From contig CAXXFL010000001.1 in NCBI GenBank assembly GCA_963674965.2, positions 672,001 to 736,000 on the forward strand: 64,000 nt of DNA, given 5' to 3'. Positions 46,953-56,600 of the stretch are shown here, one piece after another. The position numbers and the translations under genes are program-made. Positions within the stretch are counted from its first letter, which is position 1. Every line of letters starts with the position of its first letter. The stretch is from a bacterium (GTDB lineage Bacteria > RBG-13-61-14 > DATKZS01). The notes beneath the pieces were generated by a model. That model had not been told where the DNA came from, did no database searches, and worked only from the letters and a program-made list of their open reading frames with translations.

Positions 46953-47393
46953 TCAATTGGTGGATTTTCCCGCGGGAACGTATCCCAAACGGCGGGCGTT
47001 GGCCAGGTGCTCCTTGGACCTGATGGGGTCGTCCAGACGCTTGTAAACGACGGCAAGGTTGTAATGGGCCACGGCGTAATCCGGGTCGATCTCGAGGGCG
47101 GTCTTGAACATTTTTTCGGCCTTGGCGTATTCTTTTCTTCCCGCGTGAATCACTCCCTGGTTTTGATAGGCCACGGCCATGAAGTGCTCCATGTCCTTGA
47201 TCTGGATTTTCAGAAGCTTGATTATGTTCGTCCACTCCTTATAGGAGTCCTTGCCCGCCTCGAACTTGGCCTGGGCCGCCTCGAACTGCTTGACAGCGAA
47301 CCCGACCTTGTCGCCAAGCTCCTGGACGCGCATGGCCTTGCGGGTCACGTCCACGCGGCCCAGGGTTGCCTTCTTTTTTATCTCTTCACTCAT
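46953..47393 (-). CDS. Small TPR protein
   Basis: AYQNQG..A...F..ALEIDP..AHYNLA TPR pattern. Confidence 0.85.
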   Translation of the reverse strand: MSEEIKKKATLGRVDVTRKAMRVQELGDKVGFAVKQFEAAQAKFEAGKDSYKEWTNIIKLLKIQIKDMEHFMAVAYQNQGVIHAGRKEYAKAEKMFKTALEIDPDYAVAHYNLAVVYKRLDDPIRSKEHLANARRLGYVPAGKSTN

Positions 47394-47420
47394 CTGACGC
47401 GTTTTCTCCGCCGGACCGGA

Positions 47421-49136
47421 TCATGCCGCCGGTCCTCTTTCCCGGGTCCTTTTTTCCTCGGCCCAGGCGGTCATGGCCATGTCCGCGTATTTGATCGACT
47501 GCTCGTGGTCTCCCATTCCCGCGTGAATCGAGCTGAGCCGGGCGAACATCTCTCCCATGGCGTCCTTGTCCTCGATCTCCTCGCTCTCGTAGCCGCGAAG
47601 CGCGCCTTGAATCGAGGAAAGGGCCCTGTTCATCTCGCCCAGGGCCTGGTGCGCGATGGACATGTTAAACCAGGCCATGCTCGCGAGGGAGGGATCGTCC
47701 TTTTCCTCGAGCAGCTTGAGGCATTCTCCAAGCGACTCCTTGGCCGCCGGGTAGTCGCCGTTTTCCATCCGGGAAACGCCAAGATAAAAAGCGGCCCTGG
47801 CCCTTAGTTCCCCCTCCTGGCCGGACGCCTCGAGCGCGGCGGCGCAGTCGAGACAGGCATCCTCGGCCTTCTCGGGCTCGCCCGTGTCCAGCCGCGCCTC
47901 GGCCAGCTTGAGACAGGCCCAGGCCAGGTCCGGATGATTTCCTCCCTTGGATTTCTTCATCTCCCCGATGGCGTCCTCGAGGATGGCCGCGGACCTGGCG
48001 GGCATGTTGAACGACCTGTAGAGGTCCGCCAGGTCAATCATGCCCGAGGCGATCATCGAGTCGCCGACCCCGGCGCGGGACATGAGGTCCAGGGCCTTCT
48101 TCATGTCGGAGATGGCCTCGCCGCTCCGGCCGGTCCAGCGGGCCAAACGGGCCGATTCCTGGAGAAGCACGGCCAGGGCCAGGGGTTCCTCCTCGGGTGG
48201 AGGAAGGGTAGAGATGAGGTCAAGTATAAGGGACTCCGCCGCCGGGACCATGGCCAGCCCGACCATGGCGTCCGAAAGGCGCGAGGTGACGACGGCCATC
48301 GAGAGGTAAGGAAGGCACTCATCATTGGCCCGCTCGAGCCGGGATTCCCAGTAGCGCAGTTCCTCCTCCGGGTCTCGGCGGCACTGGTAGAAATCCGCGA
48401 TCCTGTCCGCCACCGCCACTAAAAGCTCGGCGTCGTCCCGCCTCCACGCCAGGTCGAGGGCCTGGTCGAAAAGCTCGATGGCCGCCTCGATATCTCCCAT
48501 CTCCTCCTTGATCTCGCCGCCGTTAAGGAGGCAGGTTATCTTGAAAGGCGCCCCCTCCGGGTTATTTTCGCAGGCCAGTATGGCCCGGTCCATGGCCGCG
48601 TCGGCCTTCTCGAGCCGTCCGTTATCGAAATGATAATTGGCGATCTCGTCCATGGCGTCGGCCAGGTCCTGGGAACTCATCTTCCGAAGCCTTTTTTCCA
48701 GGAGCCTCTCGGCCTCGGAGAACAAGCGCTCCGCTTCCTCGATCCCTCCCTCACGCGAGGTTATCCTGGCCAGCATGACGAGGGCCACAACGGGAAGCGA
48801 CCCCTTCCGGTCCATTTTGGAGAGGAGCCTGAGGCCAGGCTCGAAAAGCGCTCGGCTTTTCTCGTATTCTCCCACCCGGAACATGAAGGCGCCCAGGCTG
48901 GCCCGGGCCCGAGCGTGGACGCGGGCTTCCTTGAGGCCATGGCCGGAAAAAAGTCCAAACAGTCCCTCCCCCTTCTCGAGGGCCTCGTGCAGGTTTCCCA
49001 GCGACTCGGCCTCGAGCACGGAGTTCACGTAGTCCATGACCGCCAGGGAGGAACGCCTGTTCACGCCTTTCCTGATAAAAATATAAGTCAACGCGCCGAG
49101 CGAGACGCCGGCGGCGGCGGCGATAGGCCAGATCAA
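47421..49136 (-). CDS. Membrane-anchored multi-TPR protein
   Basis: N-terminal TM helix, tandem helical repeats, TTG start after GGAG. Confidence 0.8.
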   Translation of the reverse strand: MIWPIAAAAGVSLGALTYIFIRKGVNRRSSLAVMDYVNSVLEAESLGNLHEALEKGEGLFGLFSGHGLKEARVHARARASLGAFMFRVGEYEKSRALFEPGLRLLSKMDRKGSLPVVALVMLARITSREGGIEEAERLFSEAERLLEKRLRKMSSQDLADAMDEIANYHFDNGRLEKADAAMDRAILACENNPEGAPFKITCLLNGGEIKEEMGDIEAAIELFDQALDLAWRRDDAELLVAVADRIADFYQCRRDPEEELRYWESRLERANDECLPYLSMAVVTSRLSDAMVGLAMVPAAESLILDLISTLPPPEEEPLALAVLLQESARLARWTGRSGEAISDMKKALDLMSRAGVGDSMIASGMIDLADLYRSFNMPARSAAILEDAIGEMKKSKGGNHPDLAWACLKLAEARLDTGEPEKAEDACLDCAAALEASGQEGELRARAAFYLGVSRMENGDYPAAKESLGECLKLLEEKDDPSLASMAWFNMSIAHQALGEMNRALSSIQGALRGYESEEIEDKDAMGEMFARLSSIHAGMGDHEQSIKYADMAMTAWAEEKRTRERGPAA

Positions 49137-49279
49137 ATTATTATCTCCATCTAGAAATAATTTAACTCAATTTTTCCGGGTTTACATGTCGGCGGTCGAA
49201 TTTAGTCCGACCCAAACGGACGGGAAGCGCCTCGGCGTGGTGAACTCAATAACTATGAAGTACAAAAGGGCAAGTCCGG

Positions 49280-51040
49280 TTATCCGGATTCCTCGAGCAT
49301 GTCCGTCAATTCTATAACGTCTTCATCGATAACTTCCGCCTCGGATACCAGGGCCGCCAGCTCGGGCAACTCGGAGAAGCCGGTCCAGGCGTCCTCATCC
49401 CGCTGCACCTCCTCCTGCCCCGTCAGGTTGCCCGAGTCGAAAAGCTCCCCTATGGTCTCGAGCTTGACGGGCCCCAGTATTAGGCCGTCGGGGTAGCGGA
49501 TGCGGTAGCGCGAGTCCTGAGGCGCCTCCTGGATGGGCTCGAGGTCCTCGATAATCTCCTCCTCATCCGACGCCGGCTCAGTCTCGTCGTCCAGGCTGAA
49601 CTCGGTGCCGACCTCCTCGGGCTCGACCGCGGGCTCCTCCGGCTGGGGGGAAATCTCTTCCATGACCTGTCCGACTTCCTCCTCGTCCTCCTCGAACTCC
49701 ACTCTTTCTTGATCCGCGGACGAGCCGGGAAAATCGATTATGTCCTCCGCTTCATCGTCTTCGCCGCTCAGGTCCGGACCTTCCAGGCCTGGCTCCTCCG
49801 CCTCACCCTCGAGCTCGCCAAGGCCGGCCTGAAATTCCTCGTCGTCCTCGTCGGTGGATTCTTCGGACCCGTCTTCCGAGGTCAAATCGCCCTCATCCTT
49901 TTTCTCGTCCGAGAAGTCAGACGCGGGAAAGTCGATAATATCCTCTTGTTCCTCGTCGTCCTCTTCGGGCGCGGCGGACTCGGTCTCGTCTCCTATTTTT
50001 TCAACATCTTCTTCAAAGGCTTCTGCCTCGGCGGGACCTTCCTCCACCGTCTCATCTTGCCCTTGTTCCTCCTCGCCGATCTCATCTTCAGAGGCATCCT
50101 CCGAGGCCGACGGCTGGAAGTCTATTATCTCATCCTCATGTGGGGTCCCAGCCTCGGAGCGGACGGAGGAAAAATCTATGATCTCATCTTCATCAGGCTC
50201 GGACGGCTCCGGTTCATTGGCAACTGGTTCAGCTTGCGGCTCATCTTCTTGCGTCTCTTCATCGGGAATCGAAGCTTCCTCCTCGAATCCCTCGAGGTCT
50301 TCTCCTACATCCGCGTCCAGACCCGCTTGCTCGCCCGCCTCAGCTAAGTCTTCTCCTCGCTGATCCGGTTCCTCCGGCGGGGGAACGGCCGGCTCCGGAG
50401 GAGCGTCTTCCCCGGCCGGGGCAGGACCGGCTTGCCCGTCATCCTCCTGGCCGAAGGCCGCCATGAACGCCTCGTCCACCTTATCCTCCAGGCCGTCGGT
50501 GTCCATGATCTCCTTGAGAGCGGGAAACATTTCGGCCAGCTCGGGATAACTCATAAGCGGCTTGAAGGGGGAGTCGTCCCTCGATACCTCCTCGACTCCC
50601 TTGACGCGTTTCTCCCGGGCCAGGACCGAGACCGTCCTCAGCTTTATCGGTCCCAGCACCAGGCCGTCGGCGCTGCGTATGGTGTATTTCGAGTCCGAGG
50701 CGTCCTCCGGCTCGGGCTTGGACACGCCGTATTTGTTCTTGATATTGTCAACCAGCGAGTCGATCCTGCATTGGTAGCATATGGGATTTTTCTCCGCGGC
50801 GGGCTTTATGAAATCGTTGCCGCACTTGAGGCAACTAACCTTGACGGTTTCACTTTTCGAGGACGCCGAGCTTAAGGGAACGGGTTTGGGCGTCTCGACG
50901 GACTGGTCCACCAGGATATCCTCGGGAGCTATCCGGATAAGGTTCTGGCACTTTCCGCACTTGAAGGTTACGGGTTTTCCCGGATTCTTCTTGATGGATA
51001 TCTTATACTTGGCTTGGCATTGGTCGCAGTGGACTAGCAT
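49280..51040 (-). CDS. Zinc-ribbon / GYF-like / acidic low-complexity protein
   Basis: CDQC..CGKC and CLKC..CYQC; two copies of Y.IR..DGL.LGP.KL; long D/E-rich linker. Confidence 0.8.
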   Translation of the reverse strand: MLVHCDQCQAKYKISIKKNPGKPVTFKCGKCQNLIRIAPEDILVDQSVETPKPVPLSSASSKSETVKVSCLKCGNDFIKPAAEKNPICYQCRIDSLVDNIKNKYGVSKPEPEDASDSKYTIRSADGLVLGPIKLRTVSVLAREKRVKGVEEVSRDDSPFKPLMSYPELAEMFPALKEIMDTDGLEDKVDEAFMAAFGQEDDGQAGPAPAGEDAPPEPAVPPPEEPDQRGEDLAEAGEQAGLDADVGEDLEGFEEEASIPDEETQEDEPQAEPVANEPEPSEPDEDEIIDFSSVRSEAGTPHEDEIIDFQPSASEDASEDEIGEEEQGQDETVEEGPAEAEAFEEDVEKIGDETESAAPEEDDEEQEDIIDFPASDFSDEKKDEGDLTSEDGSEESTDEDDEEFQAGLGELEGEAEEPGLEGPDLSGEDDEAEDIIDFPGSSADQERVEFEEDEEEVGQVMEEISPQPEEPAVEPEEVGTEFSLDDETEPASDEEEIIEDLEPIQEAPQDSRYRIRYPDGLILGPVKLETIGELFDSGNLTGQEEVQRDEDAWTGFSELPELAALVSEAEVIDEDVIELTDMLEESG

Positions 51041-51260
51041 GTTATCAAAAGAAACATAGCAAAGCATTTAAGGGATTTCAACTCGGCTCCTATCAAGGGG
51101 AGGTCCTCGGAAGCGATTCGGGTCGGCCGGCCCTCTTACTTTGGACCTCGGCGAGCGCCCGCCTCGGGTCCGATTTTTTGCTATTTCGCTCAATTTATCC
51201 CGCGGGCGTTGAAATAGGTTGATAAAACGTTAATTATTATTAATAATGTAAAGCTGGACC

Positions 51261-52313
51261 ATGACGGTAAAAACGGAAATAAACGAGACCGACGGCGCGC
51301 TCAAGATTTTGCGTGAAGTGGGCAAGGCCCTGACCTCGACCCTTGAACTCGACTCGGTGCTGGGCGTGATCATGGACATGATCGCCACCCTTTACAAGCC
51401 CAGCGACTGGTCCCTGTTAATGGTGGACGAGGACACCAACGAGCTTTACTTCGCCGTGGCCGTGGGAAAGGCGGCGGAAAACCTCATGGACCTTCGCCTT
51501 AAAATAGGCGAGGGGGTGGCGGGCTGGGTCGCCATGCACGGAGAGCCGGTGGTGATCACCGACGCCTACAGGGACGAGCGGTTCGCCAAGTGGGTAGACG
51601 GCGACAGCGGCTTCAAGACCGACTCGATCGTTTGCGTTCCCCTGATCAGCAAGGGTCGGACCATGGGCGTTATCGAGCTGGTCAATTTCTCGAGCAGCTT
51701 CAAGGAGCGCGAGCGCCTCGAGTTGCTCGAGGCCATGGCGGACTTCGCGGCCATCGCCATCGAGAACGCTCGCTACGTCAACCGGGTCAAGGAGTTGACC
51801 ATCATCGACGACTGCACCGGCCTTTACAACGCCCGCCACATGCACGACCTTATCGACGCGGAGATCAGCCGGGCCAACCGTGAGGGCGGCAACTTTTCCC
51901 TGGTCTTTCTCGATCTGGACCACTTCAAGGAGGTCAACGACACCAGCGGCCATCTGGTGGGGTCGAGACTCTTGGCCGAGATCGGCAAGGTCCTCAAATC
52001 ACAGCTTCGGGCCATGGACTGGGCCGTGCGCTATGGAGGAGACGAGTTCGTGGTCATCCTGCCCCATACCAACCGCGATCAGGCCATGATCGTGGCCAGA
52101 AGATTGAGGAAGGCCCTGAACGAGACGACCTTTTTCACGCGGGAGGAACTCAATATAAAGGTCACCGCCAGTTTCGGCGTGGCCTCATATCCCGAGGACG
52201 CCGGGACCAAGGAGGAAATCCTCAAGCTCAGCGATCAGGCCATGTACAAGGTCAAGGACACGACTCGGGACGGGGTCCGCTCGGCGGCGGGCGAAACTTT
52301 CGCGGACGATTAA
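51261..52313 (+). CDS. GAF-GGDEF dinucleotide cyclase with Hypr signature
   Basis: DLDHFKEVND, GHLVGS, RAMD and RYGGDEF. Confidence 0.92.
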   Translation: MTVKTEINETDGALKILREVGKALTSTLELDSVLGVIMDMIATLYKPSDWSLLMVDEDTNELYFAVAVGKAAENLMDLRLKIGEGVAGWVAMHGEPVVITDAYRDERFAKWVDGDSGFKTDSIVCVPLISKGRTMGVIELVNFSSSFKERERLELLEAMADFAAIAIENARYVNRVKELTIIDDCTGLYNARHMHDLIDAEISRANREGGNFSLVFLDLDHFKEVNDTSGHLVGSRLLAEIGKVLKSQLRAMDWAVRYGGDEFVVILPHTNRDQAMIVARRLRKALNETTFFTREELNIKVTASFGVASYPEDAGTKEEILKLSDQAMYKVKDTTRDGVRSAAGETFADD

Positions 52314-52366
52314 GGGCGAGCGGGCCAATTGGGGCCGCCGTCTCGCTCGCCTCTCAGAGACTCCGA

Positions 52367-53269
52367 ATGCGGGAAAACTTTTACAAGCTCATCCTCGACA
52401 ACGTCCACGACGGGGTTTACTTCGTGGACCGTGAAAGACGGATCACCTACTGGAACAAGGGGGCCGAGCGCATCACCGGGTACTCGAGCGCGGACATGGT
52501 GGGCAAGCGCTGTTTCGACGATATCCTCAAGCACGTCAACGAAAAAGGCGTAAAACTCTGCCGGGTCGCTTGTCCCCTCGTCGAGGCCATGTCCTCCGGC
52601 CAGACCCGGGAGGACCACGTGTTCCTTCATCATCGCGACGGCCACCGGCTTCCCGTCCACGTCAGGGCCGTGCCGGTGAGGGATGAGGGCGGGTCGGTGC
52701 TGGGGGCGGTCGAGCTTTTCAGCGACGCGAGCAAGACCCTGGCCGACGTGAAACGGATCGAGGTCCTGAGCGAGATGTCGCTTCTGGACTCGCTGACCAA
52801 GATTGGAAACCGCCGTTATCTCGAGATCAACCTCATGTCCCGCTTCGAGGAGTTCAAGAGGTACGACTGGCCCTTTGGGCTTATTTTCCTTGACGTCGAC
52901 GACTTCAAGAAGGTCAACGACCAGTGGGGCCACGAGGTGGGCGACGAGGTCCTTTTCATGACGGCGGCGACCCTTATTAACAACGTGCGGTCCTTTGACG
53001 TGATCGGCCGCTGGGGTGGGGAGGAGTTTTTAATCATCCTGGTCAACGTCGGGCAAGGGGAAGTAGGCAAGGTGGCCAACAAGCTGCGCGTTCTTATCGA
53101 GAAGTCCGGGCTTTACATGGGAGAGGACATTATCGAGGTCACCGTCTCGATCGGGGCCACCATGGCCAGGCCGGGAGACGACGTGGAAGGGCTAATGAAG
53201 AGGGTCGACCGGCTCCTTTACCAAAGCAAGGAAAAGGGAAAAAACAGGGTCACGGCGGACTGGGACTGA
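52367..53269 (+). CDS. PAS-GGDEF diguanylate cyclase
   Basis: DVDDFKKVND, GHEVGD, RSFD and RWGGEEF. Confidence 0.95.
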   Translation: MRENFYKLILDNVHDGVYFVDRERRITYWNKGAERITGYSSADMVGKRCFDDILKHVNEKGVKLCRVACPLVEAMSSGQTREDHVFLHHRDGHRLPVHVRAVPVRDEGGSVLGAVELFSDASKTLADVKRIEVLSEMSLLDSLTKIGNRRYLEINLMSRFEEFKRYDWPFGLIFLDVDDFKKVNDQWGHEVGDEVLFMTAATLINNVRSFDVIGRWGGEEFLIILVNVGQGEVGKVANKLRVLIEKSGLYMGEDIIEVTVSIGATMARPGDDVEGLMKRVDRLLYQSKEKGKNRVTADWD

Positions 53270-53295
53270 ACGAGGAATTTTCACGGAGGATAAGT

Positions 53296-53610
53296 ATGCC
53301 GGTTTACGAATACAAGCATCTGGGCGAGACCTGCTCGCTGGGCGAAGAGTTCGAGTGGGAGCAGGGCATCAAGGAAGACCCGCTGGTCGTTTGTCCCGAA
53401 TGCGGGGGCAAGGTGAAAAGGCTGGTATCGGGAGCTTTTCTCAGTTTTCCCAAGACCTCCAGCGAACTGAAGGGGCAGGGTTTTACCAAGCTGGTTCGGA
53501 GGGACAAGGGGGTTTACGAGAACGTGACCGCCTCGGACAAGGAGAGCAAGATAGTCAAAATGGGCGAGTCGAGCACTTATCCTGATTTCAAGTCCAAGAT
53601 TGGAGATTGA
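53296..53610 (+). CDS. FmdB-family zinc-ribbon protein
   Basis: MPVYEY..., CPECGG.VKRLVS. Confidence 0.85.
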   Translation: MPVYEYKHLGETCSLGEEFEWEQGIKEDPLVVCPECGGKVKRLVSGAFLSFPKTSSELKGQGFTKLVRRDKGVYENVTASDKESKIVKMGESSTYPDFKSKIGD

Positions 53611-53618
53611 AGAAGCAT

Positions 53619-56600
53619 TTAATCCTCTCCCTGATCGGGCCCTCCCTCCAGTACCCGTTTCACCGCGTCGGCCAGCCTCTGCATGGAGAAGGGCTTTTTA
53701 ATGACGAGGGCCGCTCCCAGGGCCACCATCTCCTTGACCTCGGCGCCGTTGACCGCCCCCGAGCAGGCCACGATTTTAATGTCCGGCTTTATTTTCCTTA
53801 TCATCCGCATTATTTCCGGCCCGCTCGAGTTGGGAATTCTGGCGTCGATAATAGCCAGGTCCATGTCTTCCTTTTCGCGAGTTATTATCTCGGCCGCTTT
53901 TTGGGCGTCAATGGCCCCGAGGGCCTTATATCCCATCCGCCCGAGCAGGCGGGTGGTCACGTCCAGTATGGCCTCCTCGTCGTCGACCACCAGGATTTTG
54001 CGCTGACGATCATCCTTTTCGGGACGCCGGACCGGGTCCATATCCTTGCCTTTTTCCCGCCGGGCGGGCAGGAGGAGGGAGACGGTCCTTTTCCCATTTT
54101 GCGACTTGGCCAGGATGGCCCCTCCCAGAGCGCGGGCCAGAAGCGAGGCCGCGGCCAGAAGGGCCTCGTCGCCGCCGAAGTCGATCAACCCTATACGCTT
54201 CGAGTCAAGGGCTTCCTTGAATATCTCGAGGCCCTCGGGGCCGCCGTCGCTTTTAAAGGTGGCCCGGAAATACATGCCCGGGCCGGCGTCGAACCCTGAC
54301 TGGCTCAACATTTCCTCATTGACTTTATCGACCCCGGTCTCGACCTCGAGCCAGGCGTCCTCCATGTCTTCCATCAGGCCCCGGGCCATGGACGCGGCCA
54401 GGTTGGAGACTAAAAGCCGCAAGGCCGCCATGTCCGCGTTGATGAGTTCCTCGATCTCGGGAGTCTTTATCCGAACGAGCGGGCCGGCGGCAAGGGCCGT
54501 CTCCATTTCCTTGAGGGTTTCCCTCACGAGCGCGTCGGCGTTAACCGGGACCTTGTTCATGGTGGACGGGGACGTCGTTTCCTTGACCTTTTCGGTCCAC
54601 CGCGAGGCCTGGTCGGCCGCGGACCGCACCTTTTCCGCGCACAGCCTCGAGTCCGAGTCGTCCTCCAGGTCGCCGGCCAATATCTCAGCGTAGCCCTTCA
54701 TCACCGCCAGGGAATTATTGATCGCGTGCGCAACCGAGGACGACAAAACTCCCATGGACTCCAACTGAAGGGACCGGAAATAGGCTTCCCTCCCGGCCTC
54801 GCGCGCTCCGGCGGCGAGAAAGGGCTTTTCCTTGGGCCGGGATATCCCGTGGATGCCAGACAGCCGGCCTAACTGGTCCCTTAAAAGGGTGGCCCTGGTC
54901 TCGGTCCAAAGCACGCCCCCGCTCTTAGTATTAAAGCCAAGATCAAGAACGACCGACTCCTCGGGACTCTCGCCGGGCGCGCTCTCCCTTCTCAAGACCT
55001 CGGCGATCGATCGCCGGGCGGCGGCGGCCGACTCGGGCTCGAGGGCCTCCTCGACGCTCTCGTTCATAACCTCGTCGGCGGTGAAGCCCCGGAGGGCCTC
55101 GACGGACGGGCTGACGTACTTGGGCCTGAAGTCCATTCCCGTCACCCATATGAGGTCGACCGCGCTTTCCGCCAGGGCCCGGTATTTTTCCCTCGTTCGC
55201 ATGGCCTCGTCGCCCATCCTCACGCGCCCGGTCACGTCGTCCATGTGAACGATCACCCTGTCGGGGGGAACGAAGGCGTACTTGACCAGAAGGGTAAGAA
55301 TCATTCCGTCCTTTTTAAACTCGATCTCCTTCTCGAAACCGGTTTTCTCCCTGAAGGCCCGCTCGATCTCGGCGATCCTCTCGGGCTCGCGCTCGTAAAT
55401 TTCCCCGGCCTTCATTCCCACGTAATCGATGATGGCCCCGTCGGTGAACTTCATGGCCGCGTCGTTGTACTCGAGCAGGATGAAATCCTCTCCCTTTTTG
55501 CACCACGTAAAGGTCGGGGCGGGGATCGACTTGAAAAGGACCCTAGCTCTCTCCTCGCTCTGCCGCAGGGCCTTTTCCGCCTCGAGCCGGGCGGCCACGG
55601 CGGCAATATGGGACGCCACGCTCTCGAGGGCGTGCCTTACGTCCATGGCCGGCCGGCCGGGCCGGCTCGAGGAGAGGTGAAGTGAGCCGAGCACGCGCTC
55701 GCCCGTCCGCAGGGGAAGGATGACGATGGAATCGAGTCCCTCCTCGAGGCCCGCCCGGGCGGCGAAGTCGGGAAGGTCCGTGACGCGGCAGTAAAGCGCC
55801 GCCCCCTCCAGCAGGCCCCCCTCCGTCTCCTCCACGCGGGGAACGAAACGGACCGCGTCAACGAACTTGTCCGACAGACCCCGGTGAACCATAAGCTCCA
55901 GCACGTCCTTTTCATGGTCCACAAGATAAAGCCCGCCGCCCTCCATCTCGGATATCTGGATGGCCGCGCTGAGGGAATAGTCAAGGGCGGACTGGGCGTC
56001 GAGGCCCTGGCTGAGCATCATGCCCAACTCCCTTTGTATCTGCGCTATCCGAGAGGCCTTCTTGGCGGCCGAAATATCGCTGTTGACGCCGATCCACTTC
56101 GCCAGCTTTCCTTCATCGTCCCTTACCGCCACCCCCCGGCTGGAAATCCAGGCCCAGCTTCCATCCTTTCTTTTAAGCCGGTACTCGAGGTTGAAGTCGT
56201 CCTTTTTCGCCACGTGGTCGGCAACGGCCTTGATCACCTTTTCCTGGTCGTCGGGATGGACCACGTCTTTGGCCGCGACCACGTTGCGGGGAAACTCGCC
56301 CCGGCCGTAGCCGAGCATGCTGTCCACGTCCCCGAACCATTTGAAGTCGAAGGTGCGAGCGTCCCACTCGTAAATGGCGTCGCTGGCCACGTGGGCGGCG
56401 AGTCGAAACCTCATCTCCGACTCGCGCAGGGACTTCTCCATTTCCTTCCGGTCCGTCACGTCCCTGGTGATCACCTGGACGCCGAAGGGCTTTCCGTCCT
56501 TGTTCAGGAAGGTCACGTAATTCTCGAGCCACCTGTGGCCCTTGTCCCTGGTTTCGACCTCGACCTCGATGGGACCGGCCTCCTCGCCCCCGAGTATCTT

